A DNA stretch of 64,000 nt, taken from positions 186,001-250,000 of the forward strand of contig JAIVFI010000008.1 of NCBI GenBank assembly GCA_025558095.1, in the 5' to 3' direction. Below, one piece after another: positions 1 through 12,805 of this stretch (positions are counted from its first letter, which is position 1; every line of letters begins with the position of its first letter). The translations under genes and the position numbers were made by a program. The notes beneath the pieces were generated by a model, which saw only the letters and a list, made by a program, of their open reading frames with translations, was not told the DNA's origin and did no database searches. Origin of the DNA: Hyaloraphidium curvatum SAG 235-1 (Eukaryota > Fungi > Monoblepharomycota).

Positions 1-288
1 CGCCGGTCCCAGGTGCTCGTTCAGCCGCGTCTTGATGCATCGCGCCGAGGTTTCTCCGTCGTATTCCAGCAAAGCGAGGTCAGAAGGACTGAAGGCCGGC
101 ACAGGCTCCTGAATGACCGAGGCGACCGAGGCGGTAGACGCTTGTTCCGACGAGCTGTCCTCGTGATTCTCGCCCGACGCGTTCTGTTCGGCAGCAATTG
201 CAAGTTGCGCGCTTTCGCCGGCAGCCGACGTATTTCCTTGTGAAGCGGGCGCCTCGTCGGCAGGGTGGGGTCCCTGCTTCTGGGCCAT
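1..288 (-). CDS. 5' part of an unknown protein (MAQKQGPHPADEAPAS...), continues beyond the window start
   Basis: ATG at 288 on the minus strand with an open frame to the window edge; acidic/Ser-rich sequence, no recognisable domain. Confidence 0.5.
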   Translation of the reverse strand, partial: MAQKQGPHPADEAPASQGNTSAAGESAQLAIAAEQNASGENHEDSSSEQASTASVASVIQEPVPAFSPSDLALLEYDGETSARCIKTRLNEHLGPA

Positions 289-419
289 GGCGGTGGCGTT
301 GCCGTTCGGGATCTGGAGCGGTCGCGGAGGGAAGCGAAACTGTGATTGCTGTCGAGCGCGGTTTGTATTGGTCAGAGCATGATCAATCAAGATCTCGATT
401 GAAGAGGCAATGGAAAGAT

Positions 420-3074
420 CTAGCACAAGATGGATCCAATCTCCGTCCTCCAAGCAGCACCGGACACCGTGCTCTGCTTGTCGTCCCCGATCCTCATGGC
501 GCCGAGCCTCTCCGTCGTCTTCTCTTCCTCGCGGGGCTTGACGTCTTGCTTTGCCTTGCTCTGCGCGATCTCCTGCTCGCGAAGACGCAAAACGCGACGG
601 AGGATCTTGCCGGCAGCCTGTTGCACGAAGGAACTAGTCAAGAAAGCGTACGATGCGAGCACAGTGCCACCCAGGGACTCACTGATTTCGGGATCATGGG
701 AATGACTTCCACGCCTCCACGAAGGTGTTTGTACTGATTGAAAATGGTGGTCAAAGGGGCATCCGCATCTGCTTTCGAAAAGCCTCACGTGAGCGGTCCT
801 GTCGGCCACGAACGAGGCAATGTCGGCCTCCACGTGGTCCCTGGTGAGGTGAATGGAAGACTTGCGCCGAGCGGAGCGCTCCATGGCAGGCTTTCCGGCC
901 TCGTTGAAGGCATCTGACGCAACATGGTCAGCGAAGGTCGGACGAAGCAAGAGTTCGTTACAACCTTGCTTCAGCACGACGAACGCCTTGGGCAGTTCTC
1001 CGACATCGCCGGCGGGTATCCCGATGACGGCGCAGTCGGCCACGAACGGGTGCTGCAGGATGAGCTCTTCCAGCTCGGCCGGCGGGACCTGGAAGCCTTT
1101 CCACTGCAGAAAACTATAAGCTGGGGCAAGATCGAACCAACTGCAATGAATAACCTTGATCAGCTCCTTCAGGCGATCGACGATGAAGTAGTTTCCTTCG
1201 CCATCAATCTGGAGGAAATCGCGACGGTTACGAGCAATTTCGGCCAATCAACAATACGAGGCCCACCTTCGCTATGTCGCCGGTGCGGAGCCAGCCGTCC
1301 TCGACGATGGTGCTCGCAGTCGCATTCTGATCCCTTGAAATGAACAGTCAGTCAGCTGTAGATGAGAGAACGTCGTTTGCCTTTACGGACCTGAAGTAAC
1401 TCTTCATGATGTTCGGGCCTCTCATCCCTGAATTAAGATCAGAGAAAGCGATGTCGCACGCCCAAAGATCTCACAGAGTTCGCCAGCTTCGCCCTCCTTC
1501 GCGTCCTCCATGGTGTCCGGAACGATTAGGCGCGCCTCCATGTTCGGGAGCAGCTTCCCAACAGATCCGGCAATGATCTCGGTGTGGTGCGTGACGTGGG
1601 ATACGGGAGACGACTCGGTCATGCCCTGTGTCATGCCGTTAATAGATGTCTGCCCACGAACCATGGCTCGTGCTCACGTAGCCCTGCTTCACAGGCACCT
1701 TGAGCTTCCTGGAGCACTCATCCTGCGTGTCGGCACCCAGCGGAGCAGCGCCGCTGTTGAGGACCTTGAGGCTCGAGACGTCGTACTTGTCCACCAGCAG
1801 CGACTTGGACAGCGAGACCAGGATCGGCGGCGCAACCTGCGAGAACGTGACCTTGTGGTCCTGGATGTACCGCAGCCAGTTTTCGAAGTTGAAGCGCTGG
1901 ATGTTCAGAACGGTGGCCCGAAGCTTCATGGCATTGATGATTATGCACGTCAAGGCGTCTGTGGACGAAAACGATGTCAACCAGGCCCAAGAAATCAAGC
2001 AAATCGTACGCACAAACATGAGAGTAAGGCAAGATGGAGTCGAAGACATCTCCGGGATGAGTGAGCTCGCCGCTTTCGAAAGCAACGACCTGACTCGAGT
2101 TCGCTACGATGTTGCTGTTATGCAAAAGTCAGAGGAACGCCAAGTCAGGAACGAAGCAACTCACCGGTGCCGGAGCTCAACGCCTTTGGCCTACGAACAA
2201 AGAGTTCGTCAAGAAGGAAGGAAAGGAAGAGCAAGCAATGACAACTACCTTTCCGCTGGTGCCCGAACTGAAGCAAATGAACGCAGTGTCCTCGGGGTCC
2301 GGCCGAGGTCCGAGATCCACGTCGTTCTCGTCCTCGTAAACGTCCGCAAGCCCACGATACTCCTGCAAAAGCTGTCAGCAGAGTAATCATGAGTGCGAAC
2401 CAGAATAACGTCGATCACCTTGTATCCCTCCTCGGCGAGCATCAGGACCTTGTCCTTGCCCAGTTTCACGTTCTCGAGGATGGCTGCCACAGTGGGAACC
2501 TGCGCCGGCCTCGTAAAGACGAACTTAGGCTTGACGAGGTCAACCAGGTACTCGAGCTCGTCGGAGTTGTAAGTCGGGTTGCAGGGAGCAATGATTGCGC
2601 CGATCTTGAGCGCCGCGTCTGAAAATGAAGTCAGCTTCATGCAACGAACGAAACCAATAGGGATCGATGACGCACACGACAACAGGCCGAACTCGATGGC
2701 GTTGGGCGAGAAGACGGCGATCACGTCTCCCTTGCGGACGCCGAGTATCGACTTCAAGCCCTTGGCAAGCGAGTCCACGCGTTCGGCGACTTCGCCGTAC
2801 GTGAGGCGGAATTCGAGTCGGGGTTTGATTTTGGATCGGAGAGAACGGAAGTGGAAGCGAAGTTCGATTAGAAAGCTTCCTTCCCGTCCTGGCGCCCAGA
2901 CGAACCAATGAACGCGATAAGGTCCTTCTCTGACTCCTTCAAACCACCGAAAAGATAGGTCCAGACGTCCGTCTTGGGGATTTCGATGGTTGGGGAGCGG
3001 CTCTTGTGAATACGGGGCTCCCCCTTCGTAATGCGGCCGCCGCCGCCTTCCTGCGGGCTCGACTGCTGCTGCAT
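420..3074 (-). CDS. 4-coumarate-CoA ligase/luciferase-like acyl-CoA synthetase (ANL adenylate-forming family), multi-exon
   Basis: Spliced pieces give the AMP-binding motif [58 protein letters not shown] and GKILRR. Confidence 0.92.
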
Positions 3075-3220
3075 CGTCGAATTTCCTTTGCGGAGAGATT
3101 GGACGCCGGCTTTAGGCGCGATGGGCGGCAGGAGGGTGCGTTCCTGGTGATAGCGTGGCCTGGTGAGTCGACGCGCGAAACGCTGACATCATCATTCTCC
3201 GAACCGAACATCAAAGCAGA

Positions 3221-3778
3221 ATGGAATCCCAGCGCTCGGCCACGCCCATGGACGCCCACACAATTGCTCCGAAGAGCGAAAGGCCGGGTCTTCCCCGTAG
3301 GCCCGCCACCGTCCCGGGGCCGGCCGCCAACATCGCGCCCGCGGAATCCAAGGACTACTTCCTGCTGCGCGTCTCCACGGACCCGCGGTCGCTCTTTGAC
3401 GACGAAATCAACGACTTGACGTCCAAGCTGGACTCCGCATCGTCCCTCGGCTCTCCGCGCAGGCCGCTCGGGTCGCACGAAAGCGCTCCGTCGTACGAAC
3501 CGTTCGACGAGAATGCCGCCTTTTCCGGAGCTGCAAGGGGCATGGATCCCGGGAAAAACCTCATGGGAAAAGCCGTGCGAAGGAAAGGAAGCATGGACTT
3601 GAGTCCGAACGCGAAAACGTTTGCCGAAGTCATCGAGGAAAGGCTCAGGAAGACTGGCGGCGACCGGCAGGAAGAGAAGGCGGGCGAAGAGAGCGGGAAG
3701 ATCGAGAGGGCTGAGCTCGAAACGCAGGTGCTTGAAACGAGGCACCACTCGGGAAGCGGCGGACCTCATCTCGGGTAG
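3221..3778 (+). CDS. Hypothetical 185-aa hydrophilic protein
   Basis: ATG-initiated ORF with GC3-rich codons, divergent from the ligase and convergent with ERD2; no domain recognised. Confidence 0.55.
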   Translation: MESQRSATPMDAHTIAPKSERPGLPRRPATVPGPAANIAPAESKDYFLLRVSTDPRSLFDDEINDLTSKLDSASSLGSPRRPLGSHESAPSYEPFDENAAFSGAARGMDPGKNLMGKAVRRKGSMDLSPNAKTFAEVIEERLRKTGGDRQEEKAGEESGKIERAELETQVLETRHHSGSGGPHLG

Positions 3779-3908
3779 ACGTTCGAAAGGATGGAGCAAT
3801 GGATGAGGCGCTCAACGGACGGAAAATCAATAGGAGGAACCTCCACATCGGGATGCAGTTCGGGTATCTTTGGCTGCCGTACCGGAAATCCAATACATGG
3901 CGATCCTG

Positions 3909-4960
3909 TCACGTTGGAAGGGCAAATTTCTTGCCCTGCAAGACTCTTTTTGCAAATTCGGACAGAGTCAGTACTGTAACGTAACGGCGGATGAAGACCC
4001 ACTTTGTGACGTAGACGTAGAGGAAGTCGCTGTAGAGCGCCGTCTGCACGACACCCGCCACCCAGACGATCCAGTCCACGTAGCCCTCCGTTACATACCT
4101 ACGAGGTGCTGTTCGTGAGCCCCGTAGAACAGCTCGGACATCTAATGTACCCACCGGTATACCCAGTTGACGAGGTACAGCGCGCGGTAGCTCCCCAGCG
4201 CAAAGAGGTAGTGGGTGGTGATGGTTTCCGCCTCGCCCGTCCGAGTCAGCTGGAACAGCTGCGGCAGGATAGCGACGGATTCCAAAAACACGGAAAAGGA
4301 CCAGAGGATCTGCGAATAACAAAAGTTTAGCCAAGTTGAAGGACCAAGCATCGAGAAAGCGTCTGCGCACCTCCAGCGGCGTGAACTTGTAGTTCGCGAC
4401 CAGCGAAAGAAGGGCGCAGGGCGCCAGCAGGTACTCGACCCTGAAAGTATCAAGCGACTGTTTGAATCGGCAAATGTCAGCTTTCACTTGGGGCTGTTTA
4501 CCGAGAAGGAAACCCACCGGATCCCACGTCGTCTTGTACTTGAACCACATCAGATAGACCACGTACGCGGCCGTGGCGATGAAGAAAATCTTCATCACGG
4601 TGTTGTAGACCGAGATGAAGGAGGTGAAGAGGTCCAGGTAGCGCGTGAGGAAGACGAGCAGGTACAGACATTGCGACTTGAACGAAATGCCTGGCGGGCG
4701 GCGGCAACGAAGCTAGGCATGAGTCTCCCGATAACAGCAATTGCGCCCCGGCTCGGCAACATGGAGCTCCGCGGCCGAAGGACACGTCCGACTCGGCGTC
4801 CCAACTGTGTCCCCTTTGACGCTCCAGCTCGCCCAAAACGCCCTCCTGCCGCCGGCAGCAGAACCTCACCAGCCGCGCTCTTCGTCTTGTCGATTTTCAG
4901 GAGCAGGATCACGATCGACGCGAGGTGCATGAGGTCCGCCACCAGGCGGAAGATGTTCAT
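3909..4960 (-). CDS. ERD2: ER lumen protein-retaining (KDEL/HDEL) receptor, multi-exon
   Basis: [23 protein letters not shown]; ISFKSQ.LY..VF.TRYLDLF; [10 protein letters not shown]; [22 protein letters not shown]; C-terminal [11 protein letters not shown]. Confidence 0.97.
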
Positions 4961-5654
4961 CTTGGCGTCGCGCGGCCCAGCGGCGCCGGTTCGGGCTCGA
5001 ATCCACGGGGCGGTTCGGAACGGTGGTGGCTAAGCCGCTCCCGATAGTCGTGGAGGTCGAGGACGCGAGAGGAAGGGAAAGGATGGATACGCCAGACTCC
5101 GTTCTGACTCCCCAATGAGCGGAAGCCGCGGCTCTCGCGTGCGCCCGCCGAGGCAGGCCCTGTCCACGCAAGGCCCTTCAAGGAGCGCGAAGCAGCTCCG
5201 TGTGCGGCCCGCCGCGGTTGTCGCGCGCGACAAGTGGGACGAGCGTTCGGGCACGGTTGCTCCGTTGGCCACGTTGGCGAGGGACCACGCGCTGGGTGAA
5301 AGGGCCCCAGACCGATCAGCTCTTTCGGAACCAAGATCAACAGATCGAAGACCTTCTTTGGACATGCCGTCGAAGTAGATGATTTTGGTTTACCATGGAT
5401 GGACAATCTGGCTTCAGCTCGGACGTTCAGCTCTCCTACGCGGCCTACAGAGCAAAGATCCAAAACCATTGGATGGTTCTCGAATACGTGAATCTATCAG
5501 ACTGGAGCAGATGCCCGCTCTGATCACGGCGGCTTACTTCGGACGGCCACATGGGGACCAAGAAGCGCCTCGAACGAACTGATGGCCGGGTGCGGCGTGC
5601 CTCGACTTCAGTCGTTTCTCGTCCACGCGTTTAGGCCCTTAAGACCCGTGTGAG

Positions 5655-5987
5655 GTGAGCATCGACCGCTCGGATGCGCTGCTCTTTTGCTGCGCCCCGC
5701 ATTCCGGCGCGGAGGAGGCGGTTCGACCGGGGACGGCTGCGCGCCGCGGCCGCGTGCCGTTTCGGAAGGCAGGGGTCTGGCAGCGCCCCCTGGCCGAAAC
5801 TGTGCCGTTCTACCTTTGCGGGACCGTCTTATTGGTCTAAAGACGCCGGCCGGAGTGCGCAACGCGCCGGATCTGCTTCGGATGCGGGGGAGGGACGGTC
5901 CCCCGGCCAGGCTCCCCCTTTCACGCCGACACCCGGAGATCACCGGCGCCGCCACTCTTCCCTCATGCTGACGCTTTTCTTCTGCAG
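5655..5987 (+). other. Probable 5'-UTR intron of the SR protein gene
   Basis: GTGAGC donor at 5655; GCTGAC branch point, pyrimidine tract and CAG immediately before the ATG at 5988. Confidence 0.6.
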
Positions 5988-7183
5988 ATGATGGACATGG
6001 ACCCGGGCATGGACCGGCCCCCGATGCCGGAGGACCGCGGCGACATGCGCGGCGACATGGGCCCCGGCCCCGGCATGGGCGGTCCCCCGTCCCGCGGCGG
6101 CCCCGCGCCGCCGTCGACCAAGGTTTATGTCGGCAACCTCAGGGAAACGATCCAGAGGAGGGACATCGAGGAGCTGTTTGGCAAGTGGGTCTCGACTTGC
6201 GCTTCGTCTCTTTTCCAAAGCTGACCTGGCCTCATCGTGTCCCACAGGAGCGGCCAGATCGTCAACGTCGAAATGAAGCCGCACGGCTTCTGCTTCGTCG
6301 AGTTCGGCGACATCCGCGACGCCGAAGACGCCGTCGCCAGGCTCAAGGGCTACGTCATCGACGGCCAGGAGATCCGCGTCGAGTTTGCCCGCGGCAGGCG
6401 GTTCCCCGACGGCCCCCGCGGCGGCGGCGGCGGCGGCGAGACCTGCTTCGTCTGCCAGGAGACGGGGCACTGGGCCCGCGACTGCCCAAGGAGCGCCAAC
6501 CCCGGCATCGACGTCAGGAGCGGCAAGTGCTTCAAGTGCGGCCAGCCCGGCCATCTGGCCAAGTATTGCCGGTGCGTTGTTCTCGTTGACTGCCCCAAGT
6601 GTGCGCACGTTGCTGATTGGTCATTTCTTGCAGTGATTCGGGCGACCCGTACCGCGGCGGGCGCGACGGCTACGGCCGCCCCCCGTCCCCGCAGTACGGC
6701 CGCGGGCGCGACGACGGGTACTACCGCGACCGCAGCCCTCCGCGTTACGACCGCCGCCCCTCGCCGCCTCGCTACTCGGGCGGCGGCGGGTACCGCGACC
6801 GCTCGCCGCCCCGCGGCATGTCGGGCGACCGCGGCTACGGCCCCCCGCCCGACCGCTACGGCAACGGCGGCTACCGCGACGACTACGGCCCGCCGCGCGG
6901 CGCGCCGCCCAGGGAATACCGCAGCGAGCGTCCGCGCAGCAGGTCGCCCATCGGGATGCGGCCGGCGAGGAGCCCGCCCAGGAGGATGTCGCCGCCGCCC
7001 GTGGCCAGGAGCCCGGCGAGGCAGTACACCAGGAGCCCGAGCCCGCCGGTGAGGAGGCGCAGCCCCCCGGCATACTCGTCGCCCCCCAGGGACAGGTGCG
7101 TGTTCCCAGTTCGGGCGGTTGGGCAATGCGGAAGCTGACCTGAACGTGCCCGCCGACGCAGGATGCCGCCCAGGCCCTACTGA
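5988..7183 (+). CDS. SR-like splicing factor: RRM, two CCHC zinc knuckles, RS/SP-rich tail (3 introns)
   Basis: RNP2 KVYVGNL, RNP1 HGFCFVEF, IRVEFAR; CFVCQETGHWARDC and CFKCGQPGHLAKYC; RSRSP/RSP repeats; last exon encodes MPPRPY then TGA at 7181-7183. Confidence 0.9.
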
Positions 7184-9224
7184 TCCCGCCGACCACATGC
7201 ACAACGCGCAAGAGGACCGCCCGCGCACGGGAGCAGGATCCGCACAGGGACAGGAACGGAGGACCTTTCGGACGGAAACAAGGACGGCCGCGCGCCAACG
7301 GATGTCGAATTGAAGGACGGGAGCAAAGGATGGACGCCGTGGATAGCAGTGTAGCACCGCCGCCGCACGTATGGATTTTCTAGCATCTAGGATTCAGCCG
7401 GCACAGCACGGAGGCGCCGTTCCCGCGAAACCGCAAGCCGAGCGCCGTTCTACCGTAGCCTTGGATGCCCGCTTGCCCGCCATGTTTGGAGGTTCCGTTG
7501 CCCGCTCGATCGGTTGCCCATTCCGGATGCTGAGGCCCGCCGATCGAAGGGAGCCTGACCGCCGAGGGATCTGAAAAAGACCGCGCCTGAAGCCGTAGCC
7601 TGGAAGCCCGTCTCGTCGGATCGTCGCTGCCCGTGCTCTGCGCCAACGAAAGCTGCCGCGCTCCGTCGAAGAGGCGTTTGCGCGGTGGATGGCTTCTTCC
7701 CGACACGCGCCAACGGAGCCGCTCGCTGCCCGCCCGCATCCCGCACCAGGACGTGGATGGCACAAGCTGCTCGCACTTCGGACCCCGTTCCGTTGCTTTT
7801 CGCGCGGATGCCGCGCGCGGACCGCGTTTGCTCACCGGCCGCCTCCCCTCGGCAGCGCCAGCACCCCACGAGCACCCCCCCCCTCCCCCGGCATTCCCCC
7901 CCTCCCATTCCACCGGACCGTCTCGCCACACCCGCAAGCCACCCCCCTTGCGGACCCATCCGCGCGGGCGCCACCTTGCCCCACCAAGCCACGAGTGAGG
8001 GCTTCTCCGCCAGCCGCCCGGCCCGGGGGCGGATCGGAACCGCCGCCGATCACGGGTCGTCGCGTGGAGCGCTTGGGGGGAGGGGGCGGCAGGAGCGGCG
8101 GGCGGACGGACGGTGGAGGGACGAAGGTGGGTCCAGGCCCTCTCTAGATCAGGCACTCCGCCCCGCCTTCCTCTTTCCCCCCGCGTGTTCGGAATACACA
8201 CCATCCCCATCCTCGCTCCGCATCCGGCGTGCCGCACCGCGCCGTCGCCTTCGCCACCGCCCCCGCATTCAGGCGCGGCATCGAGGCCCGAAACCCGCAC
8301 GTTACCAGCCCGGGCCGGCCACAGGACCGGCCGCGACCGGCGATCCCCGCCTCCCGTTTCCCCTTCTCCCTGCGGCTCCGAACGACCGGATCGCGGCGCT
8401 TTTTCGCGGCGGCCGCGCGGGGCGGCCGCTATGGCGGAGGACGATCGGGCGGCCGGCGCAAGGGCAAGGGGGGGGGGAGGCTGTGCGTCGATCGCGGCGA
8501 TCCCGCCGGGGTACGGGGGGCCGGCCGGGTATCGTCGAATCGGGCGGTGGGGGAAGCATGGAGGTGGAGGGGGGAGCATGCGGTGGAGCGGGGGGGAGGA
8601 GAGGGGGGTGTGGTCGGCGGTGGCTGGGTGAGGGGGTGGTGGGGTGGGAGGGGGAGCGTGCAAAGGGCGGTCGCGGGGGCAGTTGCGGCCTTTGGAAAGC
8701 AGTATGATGCGATGGGAGCGCGTCCGGATGCAACCGCGTGCGAGAAGCGCGGGGCTGTGCGGGGGGGCGCTTCCGCAGGGGCGGGCTTGGAGCGACGATC
8801 GCGGGCCGCGGGGGCACCGGGAGCGGAAAGATGGCCGGGAATCCATCCGTTCCGGGAGGGAGCGGGTGCACAGGGGGGTTACGGAGGCGGGGGTGCGAGG
8901 TTGCGGGGGGGCGGGCGGGGATTGCCGCCTGCGCCTGTGTGTGCGGCCGCAGGAGCAGAAGGGGGGATGATGCGGATGGATGGATGGATGGATGCGTTGG
9001 GGCTGGTTGGTTGCATGGAGGGAGGACGGGTGTTGCGGCGATCAGGGGACGGATCAGCGGGCGCCGCCAGGTTTGGGTTGGCGGTCGGTGCGACCGCGGC
9101 CCGCCAGTTCCGTTGCGCCCTCTCCGCCCCCGCCGCCCCGGGGTCTCCCTGCCCCGCGGCGACCGCGCCGGTTGGCTCCGGCGGTCTCAGCGCCGCGTCG
9201 GGGCGCGGCGCCGCGCAGCGGGTG

Positions 9225-12200
9225 ATGCCGTTTGTCACCGGCGCGGCCCCCCCCGCGGGACCCCCGCCGGGCGCGCATCCCCGCGCCTCGCTGCCCTCGC
9301 CGGCGCCCTCGCCGCTCTCAGAACTCGAGAACGCAGCCGGCCCCGGCCGCGCACACAGCCTGCCGCGGGGGGCGCACGCGGGCACGGACGGGCGGCCTCC
9401 CGCGCCGCTGCCGCTCTCGCCGCCGTCGGACACGAAGCCGGCGCCGCCCGGGCCCGCCTGCGACGTCCGCTTCGGCTGGGAGGACCTACTGGCGGACGAC
9501 GGCGCGATGGCCATGGACGGCCTGCTGCACGCTGACGACCACGGTGACGAGCTGCTCGGCAACGCCTCGTTCGAGTGGGTCCCGCTCAAGGGCGGCGACG
9601 ACATCGACGACGCGCTCGGCTTCGGCGCGGCCCTCGGCACTCCAGACGACACGGCGACCATCGTGTCGGCCTTCCTGGACCGCTACGGCGCTGACGACAA
9701 CGGCTGGGCCGCAAAGCCCCGCTCAAACGCAGACAGTCTCGACTCGCGCGGCTCGGCCCGCTCGGGCGACTCGGCTGCAACCGCCTCCTCCACTCGGCAC
9801 GCCGACGTGGCGTGGTTCGACGCCGCACACCCCGGCGACGCGCACATGGCCGTCGACGACGCATTCGCCCCGCACCCGCCGCTGCACCTGGCCGGCGAGA
9901 TGCTGGCCAGCTCGCGCCGCGGCTCGGACAAGACAGAGTACTCGTTCGCCTCGGCGTCGGACGAGCTGTCGGCAGGCACCCTGGCGCCCTCGCTCGCCGA
10001 CGCCGTAATGGGCCAGCACCCCGCCGTAGTCGCCCGCATGGGCTCGGGCGCCGTCGCCGCCGGCGCGACCTCGGTGGCCATGCGCCGCGCGTCGCTGGCG
10101 TCGCTCCCCGGCCGCTTCGAGAGCGCGCACATCTCGTCGCCGGGCTCGCCGCACTCGGGCTCCGAGCCCAGCCCGGGCGCCGCACCCGACGCGCCGCAGG
10201 ACATGACCGTCGACCAGGCCCTGGCGACCATCGCGCGCCAGTTCCTCGCGCCGCAGCAGCAGCAGCAGGCGCAGGGGCACCCCGGGGCGCAAGCCCAGCG
10301 CGGCGGCCCGCTCGTCAACATGTTTGACGCGCAGGTCGTCGGCGGCGTGCAGCCGCTGCAACCGCCCGTGCATGCGCCGCCGCAGCAGTCCGCCATGCAC
10401 GCGCTGCAGCACCAGATGCTCGCGCATGCGCAGGCCGCGCGGGCGGCGCAGGCGGCGGGCGCGGACCCGGCCTCGCCGTCGCCGTCCATGTCGTCGGCCA
10501 CCTCGGCCACGGGCTCGTCGTCCTCCTCGGGCATCCAGCGCCCGGCCTTCGTCAAGGCCATGCCGTCGCCGGCGCCGCGGCCCAACGTCGCCAAGCAGGG
10601 CGCGCCGCAGCCCGGGCGGCCCGGGCCGCAGGGGCAGTCCGCAGCCGCGTCGGCGGCGCTGACCTCGGCCGTGGGCAAGCTGCGCGCCACGATGGACAGC
10701 CTGGAACGCGGCGGCAGCACCGAGTTCCAGCGCGCTGGTTCTGCCGAGGACGAGATCCGCCGCTCGGCCATGCTCGCCGCCCACCACCTCCGCGCCACCG
10801 CCGCCCCGCCGCCCCGCCGCGGCCCGTGCACGTGCAGCCTCCCCCGCCGTTTATCGACCCCCTCGACGGCGACGGCGCCCTCTCGGAACCCGAGTACCCC
10901 ACCGCCGGCCACGCGCAGCTGTTCCCCGGCGCCGCCACGCTCCCCCTGGACCGCGCCCGCCCCGGTGCGGGCAACCCGTCGCAGGTTCGGGCCCAAGCGC
11001 CGGATCAAGCGCTCCGCAACGGAGCCCACGGATTTCGGACAGGCGGTGATGCAGCAGCAGGGCGCCGCGGCAGCGGCCGCTGCGCGCAGGGGCCCGCTCT
11101 CTGCGGCCCCCGCCGCCCCCTCGCCGCTCTCCTTCCCGCGCCCCCCGAACCAGAGCACCCCGGAGCAGTGGCAATCCGCGCTGCAATCCCTGATCGCCAC
11201 GCGCGCCTCGGCCCCCACGCAGCCGGGCGTGCGCAACACGGTGCACGTGCCCGGCCCCGGCGCCCAGCAGGCGTCGGCCGGCACCCGCGGCCGCAGTCGG
11301 ACCATGGATTCCTCGGTCGGCGCGGTGGCGTTCGGACGGCCGTACGACCGGCAGCAGCAGCACGTGCTCGAGGCGATCGCGTCGGGGGGGATATCGCCGA
11401 GCATCGTGTCGGGGGGGCCGCAGCAGGCGGGGATGAGGGCCGCGGCGTCCAAGAGGAGGGGTGAGTTCATGCGAATGGAGCTGTTGGGAGCCTGGTGCTG
11501 ATGCGTGCGGTGCGTTGCAGCGAGCGTGATGGTCGGGGAGCTGCAGTGGCGCTCGACCCGCGCGCAGTCGCCCGACGTGAGCTCAGCAGCGTCGTCTCCG
11601 GCGCCGACGGCCACGCCGTGGATCCAGCTCGGCCAGTCCGCCGCATCCCCCGCGCCGGACGCCGCGCCCGCGGGGGAGGACGGGGCCCCCCGGCGCCGGC
11701 GCCGGCAGTCGGTCACGGTCGCGGAGCTCTTCCGGCGGCACCAGCTCGAGTGCGACGACTGCCGCAACCGCGCGCTGATGGGCGGCCCGACCACGGGCGA
11801 CTTTTCCGACGGCGACGCGGGGGCGGGGAGCATCGTCGGCCCGCACGCCTTCTTCCACGGGCACGGGTTCGGCCACGGCAAGCCCGGCCGCAGGCGCGCC
11901 ATGTCCGGCCCCGGGCCGAGCTTCCTCCCGCACACGTACCCCACGCAGCCGTCGTACCCCGGTTTCCAGGCGGACCAGGCGTCGGCCATCGTCGAGGGGC
12001 TGCTCCCGCTGGGCTCCGGCCCCGCGGCGGGACGGCCGGCCGAGGTGCCCGCGCAGCAGGGTGGGGGCGGGAGCCAGTTCGACTTCATCGTGGCCGCGGT
12101 GCCGCCCGCGCGGCCCGAGTGGAAGAGGCACCGCCGCCCGTCGAGCCTGGGGATCGACATCGCGGGGACAGAGGGGCCGAGGGAGGAGAGGGAGGAGGTG

Positions 12201-12431
12201 CCGCCCCCGGCGGAGGCCGCAAAGGCCGAGGGGCCGCTGCTGCAGGTGCGTTGGACGCGCTGGCTGTCTGCTCTACCGAAGCTGACGTACCTCATCCATT
12301 TTGACGCACAGAGCACTCACGATGCCATGGTCAGCTTGTTCACGGAGCGTTTCGGCTGGTCCGCCGAGGCGGCGGAGGCGGCCGCGGCCGTGCAGCTGCA
12401 GCTCAACCAGTCGCGGGGCGGGGCCAGGTGA
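9225..12431 (+). CDS. Large low-complexity Ala/Pro/Ser/Gln-rich protein of unknown function
   Basis: Long frame from ATG 9225 with strong GC3 bias; introns at about 11461-11520 and 12246-12312; possible local double frameshift near 10.8-11.0 kb. Confidence 0.65.
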
Positions 12432-12805
12432 GCCCCGTCCCGGCGGCGCGAAAAAATCTTTGAGCGGGGCGCGCGAGGGGCGCCCGGACGAGGACATTGA
12501 GGGGGATCTTTTGGACTGGCTTGGACGCGCATGGACATACATTTTGCGATCGGAGCGCGGGAGGATCGAGAACGAGATCAGGAGAACGAGAAGCATGCGA
12601 CGAAGACGCGGGGAGAATTCTTGTAGATACTTTGCATTCGCAATGGACGCCGAAGATCCGAGCTGGTGCCCAGGGCCCGGGGCCCGTCGGGAAGGTCGGC
12701 TGACAAAGCTTTGTCAGCCTGGTCGACCCCAAGCTTTCAAGCCGGAAACTTGACCCCCCGCGCGTTTTGCACAAGGCCTGAGCTCCTACGATTGGCAGCT
12801 CAACG

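Noticed and set aside
5030-5600. Lower-GC segment between ERD2 and the SR gene as a snoRNA, snRNA or small gene
   Set aside because: No U1-U6/U3 signature or convincing C/D box pair, and the short ORFs lack motifs; probably a divergent promoter region
8229-9224. N-terminal extension of the 1090-aa ORF
   Set aside because: Gly/Arg-rich translation of a G-run tract; coding-like codon pattern begins only at ATG 9225
9683-12316. 877-aa antisense ORF and many similar overlapping ORFs across the window
   Set aside because: Shadow frames expected from high GC3; Arg/Pro/Ala-rich with no motifs
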